In this document: piece after piece, positions 13,628 to 27,488 of the stretch
Layout: the number at the start of each line of letters is the position of its first letter
Numbering within the stretch: the stretch's first letter is position 1
NCBI GenBank assembly: GCA_964016885.1
Contig: OZ024740.1
Span: 49,786,001-49,850,000, forward strand
Origin: Eledone cirrhosa
Lineage: Eukaryota
DNA length: 64,000 nucleotides
Direction: 5' to 3'
Notes under the pieces: generated by a model
What the model saw: only the letters and a program-made list of their open reading frames with translations
Databases searched by the model: none
Told to the model about the DNA's origin: nothing
Position numbers and translations under genes: made by a program

Positions 13628-14646
13628 TATATGTGTGTGGTGTGTGTGTGTGTCTGCGTGTGTGTGTATGTGTGTGTGTATTGAGAGAACCACTGTGTGT
13701 GTGTGTGTGTGCACGTATGTGTGTATGTAAGAGAGAGAGAGAGAGAGAGAGAGGGGGAAGAAAGAAAGAAAGAATGGAAGTGATATATGAAATTGGAGAA
13801 GAAGAAGAAGAAGAAGAAGATCATCTAAAGATAATAACTTAAAAATAAAAAAACGATAAAAACGTAAAACAATGAATAAAAAACCGCCTGTGTGAGTAAG
13901 AAGAGATTAAAAACCTGGAACTTTGTATGAGTTTGCTGTAAATGAGTGAGAGATGATTATCAGGTAATACAGTCAAACATAGCATAAGGTAGTATGTAGG
14001 AGAACATACTTTCTAGAACATTCAACTAAGAAAAGCCCCTATCTACCTCCCCAATTCATCACATGGGAATTATATAGAAAACTATAGTTCTTATTAAAAA
14101 AAAAGCAAAAGACGTTACATAAATAAATAATTACATAGATAAATAAATATAGACTAGATATTCCCTCGCCCCTCCTTTCTTTAATAATGTAACGTTGGTA
14201 TGAAATGGTGTCCTCGCATACTGATTTTTCAATTAAATTATTAATATGTTTTTTTCTGCTCATTTCCTTTTTACCAAAGGCAGGGATTTAATGGAAACAG
14301 TGGGGGTTGTTTCGTTTGAATCGATTGCATGTATGGACTCGTAATTCCTAACGGAGTCGTAGGAATGCAGTCTTCAATATTTTAAACCTGGTGGAGTCCA
14401 TCCTTCTCTAGTTTTTCTTTTTTTTCTCTGGGTCGTACGAGCAATCACTCCGTTCTTTTTCGCTCGTCATTTGAAAATGAAAGCCCAAACCTTGAAATAT
14501 CATGAAATATAGGGTGTAGAAATACTTTTTGTTTCGTCATTTTTCTTTTACTCTTCTCTAGTTCTATTTTTATATTTCTATTCACATTGTATAATAGGCT
14601 TTCCGAATTATTATTACATATCTCCCAATGCTTCATATAAACTATA

Positions 14647-14649
<3 letters not shown>

Positions 14650-14699
<50 letters not shown>

Positions 14700-14704
14700 A
14701 ATGT

Positions 14705-14743
<39 letters not shown>

Positions 14744-14749
14744 GAATGT

Positions 14750-14811
<62 letters not shown>

Positions 14812-14913
14812 AATATAGGTATATATATATATATATATATAAAGAATATAGGTATATATATATATATATAAAGAATATAGGTATATATATATATATATAT
14901 ATATAAAGAATAT

Positions 14914-14960
<47 letters not shown>

Positions 14961-15005
14961 AAGAATATATATATATATAAAATATATATATATATATATA
15001 TATAT
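14650..15005. repeat. (TA)n tract punctuated by a repeated AAGAAT(G/A)TAGG spacer
   Basis: Six full spacers plus decayed ones separated by variable (TA)n. Confidence 0.9.
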
Positions 15006-15087
15006 TTACTCCAAATACTTGTTGAGTGCTTTATATCAGTTATAAAAATATTTGCTTGTTGTATCCCAACAATTTAAATAGAACTTT

Positions 15088-15146
<59 letters not shown>

Positions 15147-15190
15147 AGTATATCTATATATATAAAGTATATATATACATATATATATAT

Positions 15191-15534
15191 ATAGTATAAC
15201 TGAACAAAAAAGAAAAACGAACACAGACATATACATGTATGTGTTCAAATCGTAATGGACTAGAAACGCTAAGGTGAAAAAAATACTAACTACAGACTAC
15301 ATAGAGTTTGCTAGACTCAATTTATGAATAAATCAAGAAAAATAAATTGTCTGTAGTTAGTATTTTTTTCACCTTAACGTTTCTGGTCCATTACGATTTG
15401 AACACATACATGTATATGTCTGTGTTCGTTTTTCTTTTTTGTTCAGTTATACTATACGGCTCGGAAAAACCTTTTGCCTAGAGCTAATATTACTGTAATG
15501 AGACTATGTTGAGTTTCTAACTCAATTCATCTTT

Positions 15535-15537
<3 letters not shown>
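15191..15537 (+). mobile_element. Fold-back insertion in (TA)n
   Basis: ~107-bp inverted arms 15191-15297 / 15350-15456, ~50-nt spacer, unique right tail. Confidence 0.85.
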
Positions 15538-15578
<41 letters not shown>

Positions 15579-15927
15579 AAATATAGAGAAAAATACTGCA
15601 GGTAGCACATGGATAACATGTAATAAAATGAGTCCCTCATCAGTGATTTGCCGACGATCATCGATATTTCATTGCATTAAAAATCATATACCTCACGTCG
15701 GTGCAATAATAACCAAAATAAGTTATTAGGACAATTGAAACGCGTAAAGCGAGTGAGACAGGAGAACAACACAGAGTATAGCTAACCGTAGGGGAAAGAA
15801 ACAAGCTTCAAAATTATTCTGTTTAGCATAAGCTAGGTGAATATAGAAGCGCTTTTAGAAAACAGACCTGACACGAACTCTGGCCATGTGAGAAGAGAGA
15901 AAAATAGCCTTCGTGGTGTACAGGATG

Positions 15928-15973
<46 letters not shown>

Positions 15974-16032
15974 AAAGCATGAATTGCAAAATCATGAATT
16001 GCAAAATCATTACAAAATTGTCTCATTACAGT

Positions 16033-16097
<65 letters not shown>

Positions 16098-16312
16098 GTA
16101 CGAGCTTTTGATTCCAGTGTCGGGTCAGCTTGATATAGATCGACCCTAGAGCTGATCAATCGCGAACCGCGCATCACACCTCAATAAATGTAATTTATAA
16201 AGATCTAGTCTTTATTATTATTATTACACTCTGCTTAGTGCTACACCAATATACCTACTGCAAACTACGCATCGAGTGCTCACTTTTGTGAACAGTAACT
16301 GAACATTACAAT

Positions 16313-16590
<278 letters not shown>

Positions 16591-17603
16591 ATATATATAT
16601 ATACGCTTCAGGATTCCATAATCCTCTACGTGGGGGCCCAACATGCCAGAATTAGCAACCAAATCTCTCTTAGTTTTGACCTAGCTTTTTCAGAAAGAAA
16701 AACGACATAGGATGATGAATCTGCCACCGTTTTCGACAGTGAGCTACAGTTGTTCAATCTCCTGAGCGTCTGATTCGTGACTTAAGCAATACACGTTTTT
16801 AGTATTCCATAAACACGTTGACCCTTCACGTAATTCTCAGCCAGACTCAGCGTGAATTCTTAAATTACAAGTGCAATCCATTCGACGGACTTCCTTGTAG
16901 TTTCCGTCTACCCAATTTCACTGACAATGCTTAAGTAGACTTGGGATTAGGATAAAGACATTTCTGCAAGATATTTTACAGTACCATCAAACCCGGGACC
17001 TCATAATTACGAAGCAAACTTCTTAACCATACAGAGATACCTGTGTCCATACAATACAGAATAACTTTTTCTTGAATATACCATGCCAGTCGTTTCCAGG
17101 GTTTTTGCTATCAATGATCCCTTTTATTTATATAAATTTCCCCCTCCTTACCCGTTATAACCACTCACATTCTTAAACAACAAGAATAACAATCTAGTAT
17201 GCATATTATGTTTCTTTTAAATTAAGTACGGACCTTATTGGCTACATTATGCAGTCAAAAAAGATGGGATGGGCACAGTTGGGGTGTCTTTTTCCATAGC
17301 TCTGATCTCAGTTAATTAAGACTGGTCTGCTGCTAAATAACAACAAATATTATAGTTTATTTGAAGGGCCCTGGTCTTAGAGGAGAGGATAATAATCAAA
17401 GTTGCCGCTGATGAGATTTTAACTAAAAATAAATATTGCAACTTTGAAGAGCCCTTGCCTTTCCCTTCTTTTTCTATTCCTTAGGTAATTGTTTGACCAA
17501 CTGCTTTTGTTAATTACTTTATTTGTGTGTGCTCTTTTTAATGTTTTCTTTCTCTAGGACTAAATTTTTGACAATTATCTATGTTTTAAATATTATATTT
17601 TAT

Positions 17604-17782
17604 GGCAGTATAGGTAGAGGGTCGGACGCCATGCTTTGCAGCAAAGAGTTACGGCCCTTTATGGTCTGAGTTTAAATCCCGCCTAGGTTGACTTTGCATT
17701 TCATCCTTACGGGGTCGATAAAATAAAGTACCAGTAATACACTTGGATAATTTCTGGCCTTATGCTAAAAGTAGAAACAATT
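17604..17782 (+). mobile_element. tRNA-derived SINE
   Basis: GGCAGTAT.GGTAGAG box A-like, GAGTT(T/C)AAATCCC box B, GGGGTCGATAAAATAAAGTACCAGT body; many copies in the window. Confidence 0.85.
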
Positions 17783-17954
17783 ATATTTTAATTACTGATA
17801 AATATTAGTTTGGTCTGCCGTTCCAATGAAAAGTATTTTTCAAACTAAGTTTAACATATTTAATGAAGTGAGTATATTTTAAAATTCAATGGCTTTCCCG
17901 AGCTCCTCCTATGTGGGCGGCATGTCGAGCTCTTCCATCATCCTGAGGGCCGCC

Positions 17955-18207
17955 CATCCTGGCGCTCCACTGTGAGGAGAGGTGTGCGGGCAGCCGAAGA
18001 TGCGAGAAATGCGGCTCTTGCTGACAGGAAGTCCAGGAGGATCGACAAAGAATCCAAACCTCAGCAACCAACAGTATATATTTGCACTAAGTGCGCCAGG
18101 GACTGCCACTCACGGGTTGGGTTGTTCAGCCACTCACACAAGTGCAACTGCTGAGACCCACGCGAAGCTACTTCATCGTCTTGCGAAGACGGACAGATGC
18201 CGATGAT
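17955..18207 (+). mobile_element. RTE-clade LINE 3' end (C-terminal C2H2 finger)
   Basis: WRSTVRRGV..RKSRR..YICTKCARDCHSRVGLFSHSHKC then a short UTR ending GATGCCGATGAT. Confidence 0.8.
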
Positions 18208-18297
18208 ATTTTAAGATTATTTTTTATCACTTTATGTTAGAAGACAGACAGGACCCAAGCATCTTTTCATTTTTGCTACTAAAAAGAGTCTAAAGTC

Positions 18298-18558
18298 TGT
18301 CATGACCCCAGAGGCTCATCAGGCCAGAGCTTATTCCGTTTTTCATGGAGTTAAGCGACTGAAAGTACAAGACCCTCCCCTGGATAGGACGCCAGCCTAT
18401 CGCAGGGTTAAAGCCCTGCTATTGCTGGTACTCATTTTCAGCTGAGTATACTGGAGCAGCGTGAAATGAAGTGTTTTGATCAGGAAAACAACACACAATT
18501 CAGTGCAGGAAACGAACCCACGATAATATAAGTCAAACACCCTTACCACTAGGCCACA

Positions 18559-18560
<2 letters not shown>
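18298..18560 (-). mobile_element. Full-length tRNA-derived SINE
   Basis: Minus strand TGGCCTAGTGG box A, GGTTCGTTTCC box B, central domain like 1305-1425, tail ATAAGCTCTGGCCTGATGAGCC. Confidence 0.8.
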
Positions 18561-18633
<73 letters not shown>

Positions 18634-18951
18634 CAGGTTTGTGTTTATAATGGTGATGACAGATGAGACATATGGGACGACATTCATATAAACTAGGTAG
18701 TTATTTAAGGGAACATGTATGTATATATAATTAGACTTACGTAAAATACACATCCAATATAGACACATTGTTTTGAAGAATCTCAACCACCCGGAAACAC
18801 TAATAAATAACAATGTACACCTACACTTCTATAAATGCACCCACACACACCAATACAAACACACACATATGCATACATATATATAGATACACATATACAT
18901 GTGTGTGTGTGTGTATATATGCACATATATTCGCTCTCATATGCACACATA

Positions 18952-19032
<81 letters not shown>

Positions 19033-19039
<7 letters not shown>

Positions 19040-19343
19040 TAAACGGAATAGAAAATGCTGACAAATTGTTCACAGTTGAAAAATGGTTTAATTAGGAATA
19101 AAAGAGTATTAGTGATTGTATGGGTTAGTATTCAGTTGTGGTTTTAAGTTTTTAAGTTTTTACCGGTTGCGCATTTCTAAATGCTTTTCAAAAATAATTT
19201 TGAGATAGAGTGTCCGTGCTGTTTGCTCTAATACTCTTTTATTCCTAATTAAACCATTTTTCAACTGTGAACAATTTGTCAGCATTTTCTATTCCGTTTA
19301 CCAATATATAATAACTTGTGTGTTACACCCATATTCTTTTAAC
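19033..19343 (+). mobile_element. Fold-back insertion in (TA)n with a UUGAAAA-type hammerhead remnant in the spacer
   Basis: ~78-bp arms 19033-19112 / 19228-19307; spacer minus strand reads TTGAAAA-gcattt-ag-aaatgc-GCAA-ccg-GTA. Confidence 0.8.
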
Positions 19344-19382
19344 TATATATATATATATATACATGCATACATACATATATAT

Positions 19383-19428
<46 letters not shown>

Positions 19429-19435
19429 CTATCTA

Positions 19436-19477
<42 letters not shown>

Positions 19478-19481
<4 letters not shown>

Positions 19482-19670
19482 AACGAGTAGGACCCCGACG
19501 GCTGAGCTCAAGCGGTTTCGACGGCTAATTCTGGACTTAATTAGTCGTCGAAACGGCTTGAGCTCAGCCGTCGGGGTCCTACTCGGTCCTATTACCCACT
19601 CTACTACCCTAAGTATTGAGTACTTTGGTGCGTTATGGTCCATCTGGTTCCTTACCACATTTCCTTCGTT
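19478..19670 (+). mobile_element. GUC-hammerhead fold-back family copy
   Basis: Arms ~19478-19531 / ~19538-19591 around CTGGACT, plus the shared tail. Confidence 0.85.
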
Positions 19671-19682
19671 ATATATATATAT

Positions 19683-19769
19683 ATGTATTGGGTCGTCAAG
19701 TATGAAATTTGTAGAAATTCTTTTTCTACAAATTTCTCCAAATTTCATACTTGACGACCCAATACATAT
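19683..19769. repeat. Small palindromic element in (TA)n
   Basis: ATGTATTGGGTCGTCAAGTATGAAATTTG / CAAATTTCATACTTGACGACCCAATACAT perfect arms. Confidence 0.85.
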
Positions 19770-19820
19770 ATATATACACACACATACATATATATATATA
19801 TGTGTGTGTGTGTATGTGCA

Positions 19821-19943
<123 letters not shown>

Positions 19944-20546
19944 GGAAGCAGAAAATTGCTTATTGTGATCTAGTTCGTGGTTAAGAAAGCCAGTTTGATG
20001 GACGGTTTCAACGTACAGTTAGAGGTAACTCCACAAGTTTGTAAGAATTCCGTTTAATCTTGGAGTATAAAGTATAATAAGGTTGCACTTACCAATGAAA
20101 CGGTCGTAAATACCTGGATAAAATCCTTCTCTTAATGCTTACCTGTGTTTTCTCTTTTATACTATATATATATACATGTGGAAATGGAAAAAGTACGTTG
20201 AGTGTTTGAATGGAATTGCATCAATATTTACCTTAAGTATATATATATATATATAAATGTAACTCCGAAGAATCATTAGATAAAATATATACAGTATTTC
20301 CTCTCCCAATCAGTATAAATTAACCACACAAAAAATCATTTAAACGAGGCTATAAGATTAAAATGTACTTATGAAGAAATAATAGACAAATGATACAGAT
20401 TCTTTTCCGCGATGTACAACCATATTATTTACCTAGTATTTCTCCTAGCCTGTAGAAATTGACTAGACAACTAGTTAACTACACGCAATTAGGTACATTA
20501 AAGTTAGAAAAAAAAATGCACATAAATATTACCAAAATTCTCATCG

Positions 20547-20630
20547 TCTCTACCAACCGGTGGTTTCGTTCTACTTTTTGGATATATCCAGTCTTGGATA
20601 AATCCACGAGGCGCGGAACTCATCAGGAGA
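20547..20630 (-). ncRNA. Type I hammerhead ribozyme, canonical core
   Basis: Minus: tctc-CTGATGA-gttc...gaac-GAAA-CCA-ccggt-TGG-TA-gaga; all three helices pair; G10.1-C11.1 present; GUA site. Confidence 0.85.
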
Positions 20631-20705
20631 TACCCCAGACTGGACTAAGATTCTTCTACCATGATCCCCGCTGGAAATGAATTCAAAATGGCTAAGAACC
20701 ATCAC

Positions 20706-21092
<387 letters not shown>

Positions 21093-21319
21093 TGGTACAT
21101 GTGTATATACATATTTACACACTTTTGGATGGCCGTTGACTCTTATGAGTTCTTCCGCTTTTTGTCAGGTTTTGTTTTTTGACCTGCAGGGTGTCCAAAA
21201 TCACCCTCCTCACCAAGTAAACTTGGTGGGGTTGCCGGTTTAGTCGCCGACGACCTGACCATGCGATAGGTTGTACTGTGTTACATGTTACCAGTAGCAC
21301 TCAAGAGTGACCCGACATC

Positions 21320-21351
<32 letters not shown>

Positions 21352-21464
21352 AATACACATACATATACATATATGTGTATAATGTAGAAAATGATATGTA
21401 TAAGAAGCCTAAGACAATGCGAAATGGACGGTAAAATGACGGCAACGAAAAGGTTTGTTATCTG

Positions 21465-21645
21465 TGAATTGGCAGTATCGGTAGAGGGTTGGACGCCATG
21501 TTTTCTAGCATAGTTACGTCCCTTTACGGTCTGAGTTCAAATCCCGTCGAGGTTAACTTTGCCTTTCATCCCTACGGGGTCGATAAATTAAAGTACCAGT
21601 AATGCACTGGGTTATTGCTGGCCGTGTGCCAAAAGTAGAAACAAT
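21465..21645 (+). mobile_element. tRNA-derived SINE (17604 family)
   Basis: Colinear match to 17604-17782; GAGTTCAAATCCC box B. Confidence 0.85.
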
Positions 21646-23989
21646 TATTTTTATTATTACCATTTTGTGTGTGCGCGTGCGAGCGTGTGTGCGTGCGCGC
21701 GTGTGTGCGTGCGCGCGTGCGAGCGTGCGTGTAGGTGTGTGTGTGTGTGTGTGCCAGTGTGTGTGTAAGTGTGTGTGTGTGTGTGTGTGTCTGTGTGTGA
21801 CGAAGAATGAAGTAGAAGAAAGCTGAAGAATTTGTTGTTTCCTTTCGACTTAACGCTTGCTATGATACTCATGAGTCATCATTTTGTATCTCTGTCACCT
21901 TTTTTTCTTGCACACACATACACACACGCGCTCCCTGCATCGTTTGGCATGAATGTGTGTGTGAGAGAGAGAGAGGGGGGGGGGGGGAGGGGGCGAGAGA
22001 GAGAGGAAGAGAGAGAGGGGAGGGAGAAAAAAAAGGTGCACTACTGCCTATATGATTATATTTATACACTTTTCCATACATCGGTACACACATAAATGTA
22101 TATATATATATATGTGTGTGCGTGTGTGTGTGTACATGTGTGTGTGTGTATAAAGATAAAATACAACAAATATATCGTGAAATACATTACACATGCTGAT
22201 TTTACGAGTCTGTGCCTTTTGTTCTAGCAACAGGTGAAGCCGACTGACTATTCATGCAGTTTGCTTTGCCAATTTTATAGCAATAGGAATAGCTTGGCAT
22301 ATCTTTTCTGACAGACAAATTGGGTCGACTTAATGTATGGCACAGAAATAATTCTATTTTTCGACAAGCCAATGGAGAGAGACTCAAAATGGTAATTTGA
22401 AGTGCTCTAAATAGAAGCCAAATCTCCCTCAGACCATACCCAACCATTTTTTTTTTTTTGTTAAATGGGGTTGGATTGGCATATTATTGATGTTTGAAAA
22501 TACGATGATACGATCATATCTGGAACGCTTTCATTATAGATCTGCTCGATCAGAGCTGACCTGGGGTTAAACAGCAATTTGCTGTGATGAACCGATGAGG
22601 AGCTTCAACTTGGGTGCTGAAACTGCTAGAAATAGCAGCTAAACCTCCCACAAACCCCACTCTATCATATATTTCAAAGAGAACTCTATTCTTTAAATAA
22701 GGAGAACTCTAATGTCAGTCAAACATTTCTATCTTTCTGGTATATTTAATACAATTTGTTGCTGTGGCTGCTTTTTAGCTCTAGGTTAACTCTGATCTAA
22801 TAAACATATTATTAAAAATGTTCCTGTGGGGACTAATCTCATAATATACCCAGAACCATATTATCTAATGTGTCATTACCTTCTAACGACGGTTGGTTGT
22901 GATTTGAGGAAGATTTAATTGCTATTTCTAGCAGATCGAGTAATCATGTAGAATCTTTCTCATTGGTTTTGTAGTTGTATGTCTCCGAAGTAGGTAGCTA
23001 TCTGCCAATGGAATCCTAGTATGTAATCTATTGGAACATTATGCAATAATCAACATAGTTTATCGGGAAGCTTTTTTCCTTTCAAAAAGAACAGAAGGAA
23101 TTGAAACAATTAAGTAGAAGAAACATGAGTTTGGGAGTTCAGAAGACCAAAAGTTATTCTAGTAACGATAAATAGATAGAGTAGTAGAGCAGTTCCATAA
23201 CAAGTAATTTATTACAAGATAGAAGTCTACAATTACCTATGCAAAAGAAAGCTTTCGTGGTTTATGTATCGAAGTGTGTGTGCTTTTGTGTAGTTGATAC
23301 ACTATTCTAATTGTGTCCACAATGTTTTCTTTTGTCATTCGTTTGTGTTTCTTCATTGTAGTTATTAAAAGTTTCGCAGCTGTTCAGTCTTGATTTTTTT
23401 TTGGCTCTGAAGTAGAAGCCTTGGCACTTGAAGAGTGTATTTTGGCTATTTAAAAAATCTGGAATCTCTTTGAGATGAGATAAATGGCAAAAAAAAATGT
23501 AACTTATGGAATGTTTAAGAAATGTAACATTTGAGCTGCTGTTCATTTAGACTGGCTTGCTAAATCCTCATTGAAGGATAACGTTATTGTTGTTGTCGTC
23601 GCCGTCGCTGCCGTTGTTGTTGTTGTTTAGCACTAAGTCGCCGCCGACAGAAGCAATTGTATGATCAAAATAAATAATCTACGTCTATCTATCCTATACT
23701 GTCCTTTTAAGAATAGCGTAGTCCGGACAAAATAATCCAATCCTTTTTAAAGTACTAAGTTGTAACATTTGAGCGAAGTTTAGCTGTTATTTCTCGAATA
23801 TCGAAGGATCGCGGTAGATAGTTATTTCTCGTTGACTCTTGAGAATAATATTTTTAAAGGAGCTGGAAACCAGTAGAGGGAAGATGACTTAAGTAAGAAT
23901 GAGTATATATACATAAAGTATAAAAGCAGTGCAATGGGATATCAATGACATAGCAGTGTGTAGATATAGGAGTTTATATATAATATATA

Positions 23990-24257
23990 AAACGAAGGAA
24001 GTGTGGTAAGGAACAAGGTGGACCATAACGCACCAGAGTACTCGATACTTTGGGTAGTAGAGTGGGTAATAGGATAATGTTCAGGACCCCGACGGCAGAG
24101 CTCAAGCCGTTTGGACTCGCACAGTTGCCCACAGTCACACACACACACACACGCACACAGGCACGCACACACACACACAGGCGCGCACACACATACACAC
24201 AGAGTCCAGAAATAACCGTCGAAATGGTTTGAGCTCTGCCGTCGGGGTCCTGAACAT

Positions 24258-24262
<5 letters not shown>
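23990..24262 (-). mobile_element. GUC-hammerhead fold-back family copy with (CA)-rich filler in the loop
   Basis: Arms 24075-24110 / 24220-24260; ~85 nt CA-rich sequence at the apex. Confidence 0.8.
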
Positions 24263-24321
<59 letters not shown>

Positions 24322-24338
24322 TTGTATATATATATATA

Positions 24339-25472
24339 AAGAAAAAAAGATGAAATCCAAAATGCAACTGGAGTCTTATTTAAAAAAAATATATATATTT
24401 ATTTGGTTCCTTTACCGGTTTCGCATTTCTTCTGCTTTTCAAAAGTAGAGTTGAGATGAAGGGTCTGTGGTTTTTCTCACATCTGGTTGGTCTCTGAATG
24501 TTACTTGTTTTATATGGAAAAAGTGGCTCGAAATGCCAGGTTTTTAGAGAAGTAATTTGATTGGTTGGTCAATAATTATAATAAATTTCGCGCCAGTTCG
24601 CGTTACAAAGTTCTTCAAACAAGGGGGGGTGGGGGGGTCACAGGTTGTTTTTTCATATGAGTGTTTGAATTTCTTTTTACTTCAAAAAAAAAGGGGGGCT
24701 CACGAAGGCTTTTTTTTAATAAACGTAATTTGATTGGTTAAAAATGAAATTATGGCTGTCACGTGAACAAGTTTTCATTAAATTTTCGCGCCCTTATTTG
24801 GAAATCTATTCTGTAGCCTTTTTAGAGAATTTTATGACAAGTAAAAGATAATGGTCAAGAGAAATTGGATGGAGAATTGTTCTGGTTCAGTGAATATGGT
24901 TAGTTCGCTGGGGGTGTCATAATTCAGATTTTCTATTGAATAAAGAAAGTAAATATATGTATGTTTATTTGTGTGCTTGTGTGTGTGTGTGTGTGTGTGT
25001 GTTTGAATTTCCTTTTACTTTAAAAAAAAGGGCTCACGAAGGCTTTTTTTTAATAAACGTAATTTGATTGGTTATAAATGAAATTATGGCTGTCACGTGA
25101 ACAAGTTTTCATTAAATTTTCGCGCCCTTATTTGCAAATCTATTCTGTAGCCTTTTTAGAGAATTTTATGACAAGCAACAGATAATGGTCAAGAGAAATT
25201 GGATGGGAGAATTGTTTCGAGCCACTTTTTCCATATAAAACAAGTAACATTCAGAGACCAACCAGATGTGAGAAAAACCACAGACCCTGCATCTCAACTC
25301 TACTTTTGAAAAGCAGAACTGCGAAACCGGTAAAGGAACTAAATAAATATATATATATTTTTTTAAATAAGACTCCAGTTGCATTTTCGATTTCATCTTT
25401 TTTTCTATATACTTTCACTCGTGTAGGACACCTCGGTTATTTTTTCATTTTGTAAAAAAAACCTCACTTTAT
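24339..25472. mobile_element. Large fold-back copy of the UUGAAAA-hammerhead family
   Basis: ~195-bp inverted arms 24339-24532 / 25215-25408; internal direct duplication 24661-24881 / 25000-25214; homologous to 42618-43158. Confidence 0.85.
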
Positions 25473-25473
25473 A

Positions 25474-25517
<44 letters not shown>

Positions 25518-25518
<1 letters not shown>

Positions 25519-25875
25519 GTCTAATCTAGGGCGGGTAAAATTCCCGAGATCCATGAACAAGTTCTCACCAGTGGTCTCTGTCGCTCATTATCGCTGCCAT
25601 GTCCTACATCTCCAAGAGACCAGTGTCTGACCTTAGGACATCAACATATGTTAACCTCGGTATTCCTCTTCCAGTGTGTCCATGCTCGGGCTCCCACAGG
25701 AGCACTGAGTGCAGTGTCAACTGGATGTCTGTCAGCATGTCCAGTTAACCACAGTCTCTTCTGTGCCACTCCCGTACAGCTCTGAGTTCTTCATCCTCAG
25801 TGTATACTGATTAATGTTCAGAGCCATCCTCAGCAGTCTCGTGTAGCACCCATCCACCATCTGAGTGAGTTTCTT
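25518..25875 (-). mobile_element. RTE-clade LINE 3' fragment
   Basis: Minus translation VDGCYTRLLRMALNI..KNSELYG / RLWLTGHADRHP..VLLWEPEHGHTGRGIPRLTYVDVL..DRDHW, with frameshifts and stops. Confidence 0.8.
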
Positions 25876-25876
25876 A

Positions 25877-26078
25877 ATAATAATTATTATTATTTCTACT
25901 TTTGGCACAAGGCCAGCAATTATCCCAGTGCATTACTGGTACTTTATTTCATCGACCCAGTAAGGATGAAAGGCAAAGTTAACATCGGCGGGATTTGAAC
26001 TCAGACCATAAAGGGCCGTAACTCTTTGCTGCAAAGCATGGTGTCCGACCCTCTACCGATACTGCCAATCCACCGCCC

Positions 26079-26118
<40 letters not shown>

Positions 26119-26303
26119 TGTTTCTACTTTTGGCACAAGGACAGCAATTATCCAGTGTATTACTGGTACATTATTTTATCGACCCTGTAAGGATGAAAGG
26201 CAAAGTTAACCTCAGCGGGATTTGAACTCAGACCATAAAGGGCCGTAATTCTTTGCTGCAAAGCATGGCGTCCGACCCTCTACCGATACTGCCAATCCAC
26301 CGC
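25877..26303 (-). mobile_element. Two tandem SINE copies separated by (AAT)n
   Basis: 25893-26080 and 26118-26303 both match the reverse complement of 17604-17782. Confidence 0.9.
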
Positions 26304-26612
26304 AATAATAACCACAAATATGTATCTCTCTTAAAACAATGCCACCATTTCTCAACGAATCATCACCACATTTGGCACGTAGATTCAAATGTGTTCTAGA
26401 ATAGCCATTGGACAAAAGCCAGAGTTTGATGTCCCCTTGGGGCAAAACGTAGGCTGGAAAATAACTGAAAGTTGTCATGGAGTGTTAAACTAAAAACACA
26501 CACAGTTGAGTCAGAGTTTTAGTGGGAGGAACAGAAATATTCAAACATACTTTGTCAGTTTGTTAAAACAAATCCAAACATTGTTTTACTATTTCCTTCA
26601 GTTCCTCTTTAA

Positions 26613-26693
<81 letters not shown>

Positions 26694-27292
26694 ATGGTTA
26701 TCAAGAAAATATTTCCTAATTTAATTTGAAAAAAAGCATTATTGATATGTAATGATTGGAACTGTGAAAAACAAAAAAAAACATTGAAACGTGAAAGTTA
26801 AACTATTTTTGCATAATATCTGTAAACTTTCGAAATTTTAAAATAATAAATTTAAAAATTAGAAATAAGGCGATGAAATTGTTTTTCTTAAGGAAGATAT
26901 AAACAAAATTTACATTGAAATAATTATTTAATTGAAATTAAATTAACTATATTGCCTGAATACGTAGTGAAATATTATGTCACTGTTGATATGTATATTC
27001 AATATATTGCATATCTTTCTCACATCACGAAAGTAGTCTTATATTTTTAATAGCAGTTATTCACTGCATAGTGTCATCCTAGACTCGAGATTATGGAGTG
27101 TTAGAAATCTTATAATAATGCTAATGTATAGATATGTATGTATGTAATCGAAAAAACCCTCTCCTATCACACCCAGCAAATAATTTATAACTGCAATACC
27201 CTACATAAGTAACATGCTAGCTCATACCTTTTGCTGTCTGTTCAGTCAGTCATGAAATAGAAAGTGTAAGACAGACGGGAAGAAAAAAGAGG

Positions 27293-27355
<63 letters not shown>

Positions 27356-27435
27356 GTGGCCAATCGTAAATTGGAAAAGAACAATTGGAAAATGTACTCA
27401 AACATGATGGCTGCATCTCGATTTCAAGAATTGCC

Positions 27436-27488
27436 ACCACCTTTACCTTTGTACCAATGCAAATCCCACGTCGACACCAGAGACGCTC
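27436..27488 (-). pseudogene. Downstream continuation of the RTE RT interrupted by the minisatellite
   Basis: Minus translation ERLWCRRGICIGTKVKV, the RTE motif that follows YLGS..LD. Confidence 0.65.

Noticed and set aside
15645-15750. CTGATGAG on the minus strand and GAAACGCGTA on the plus strand
   Set aside because: The half-motifs lie on opposite strands and cannot form one fold; at most rearranged pLTR debris
18305-18340. CTGATGAG on the minus strand as a hammerhead core
   Set aside because: No downstream GAAA or helix III; it is part of the SINE tail
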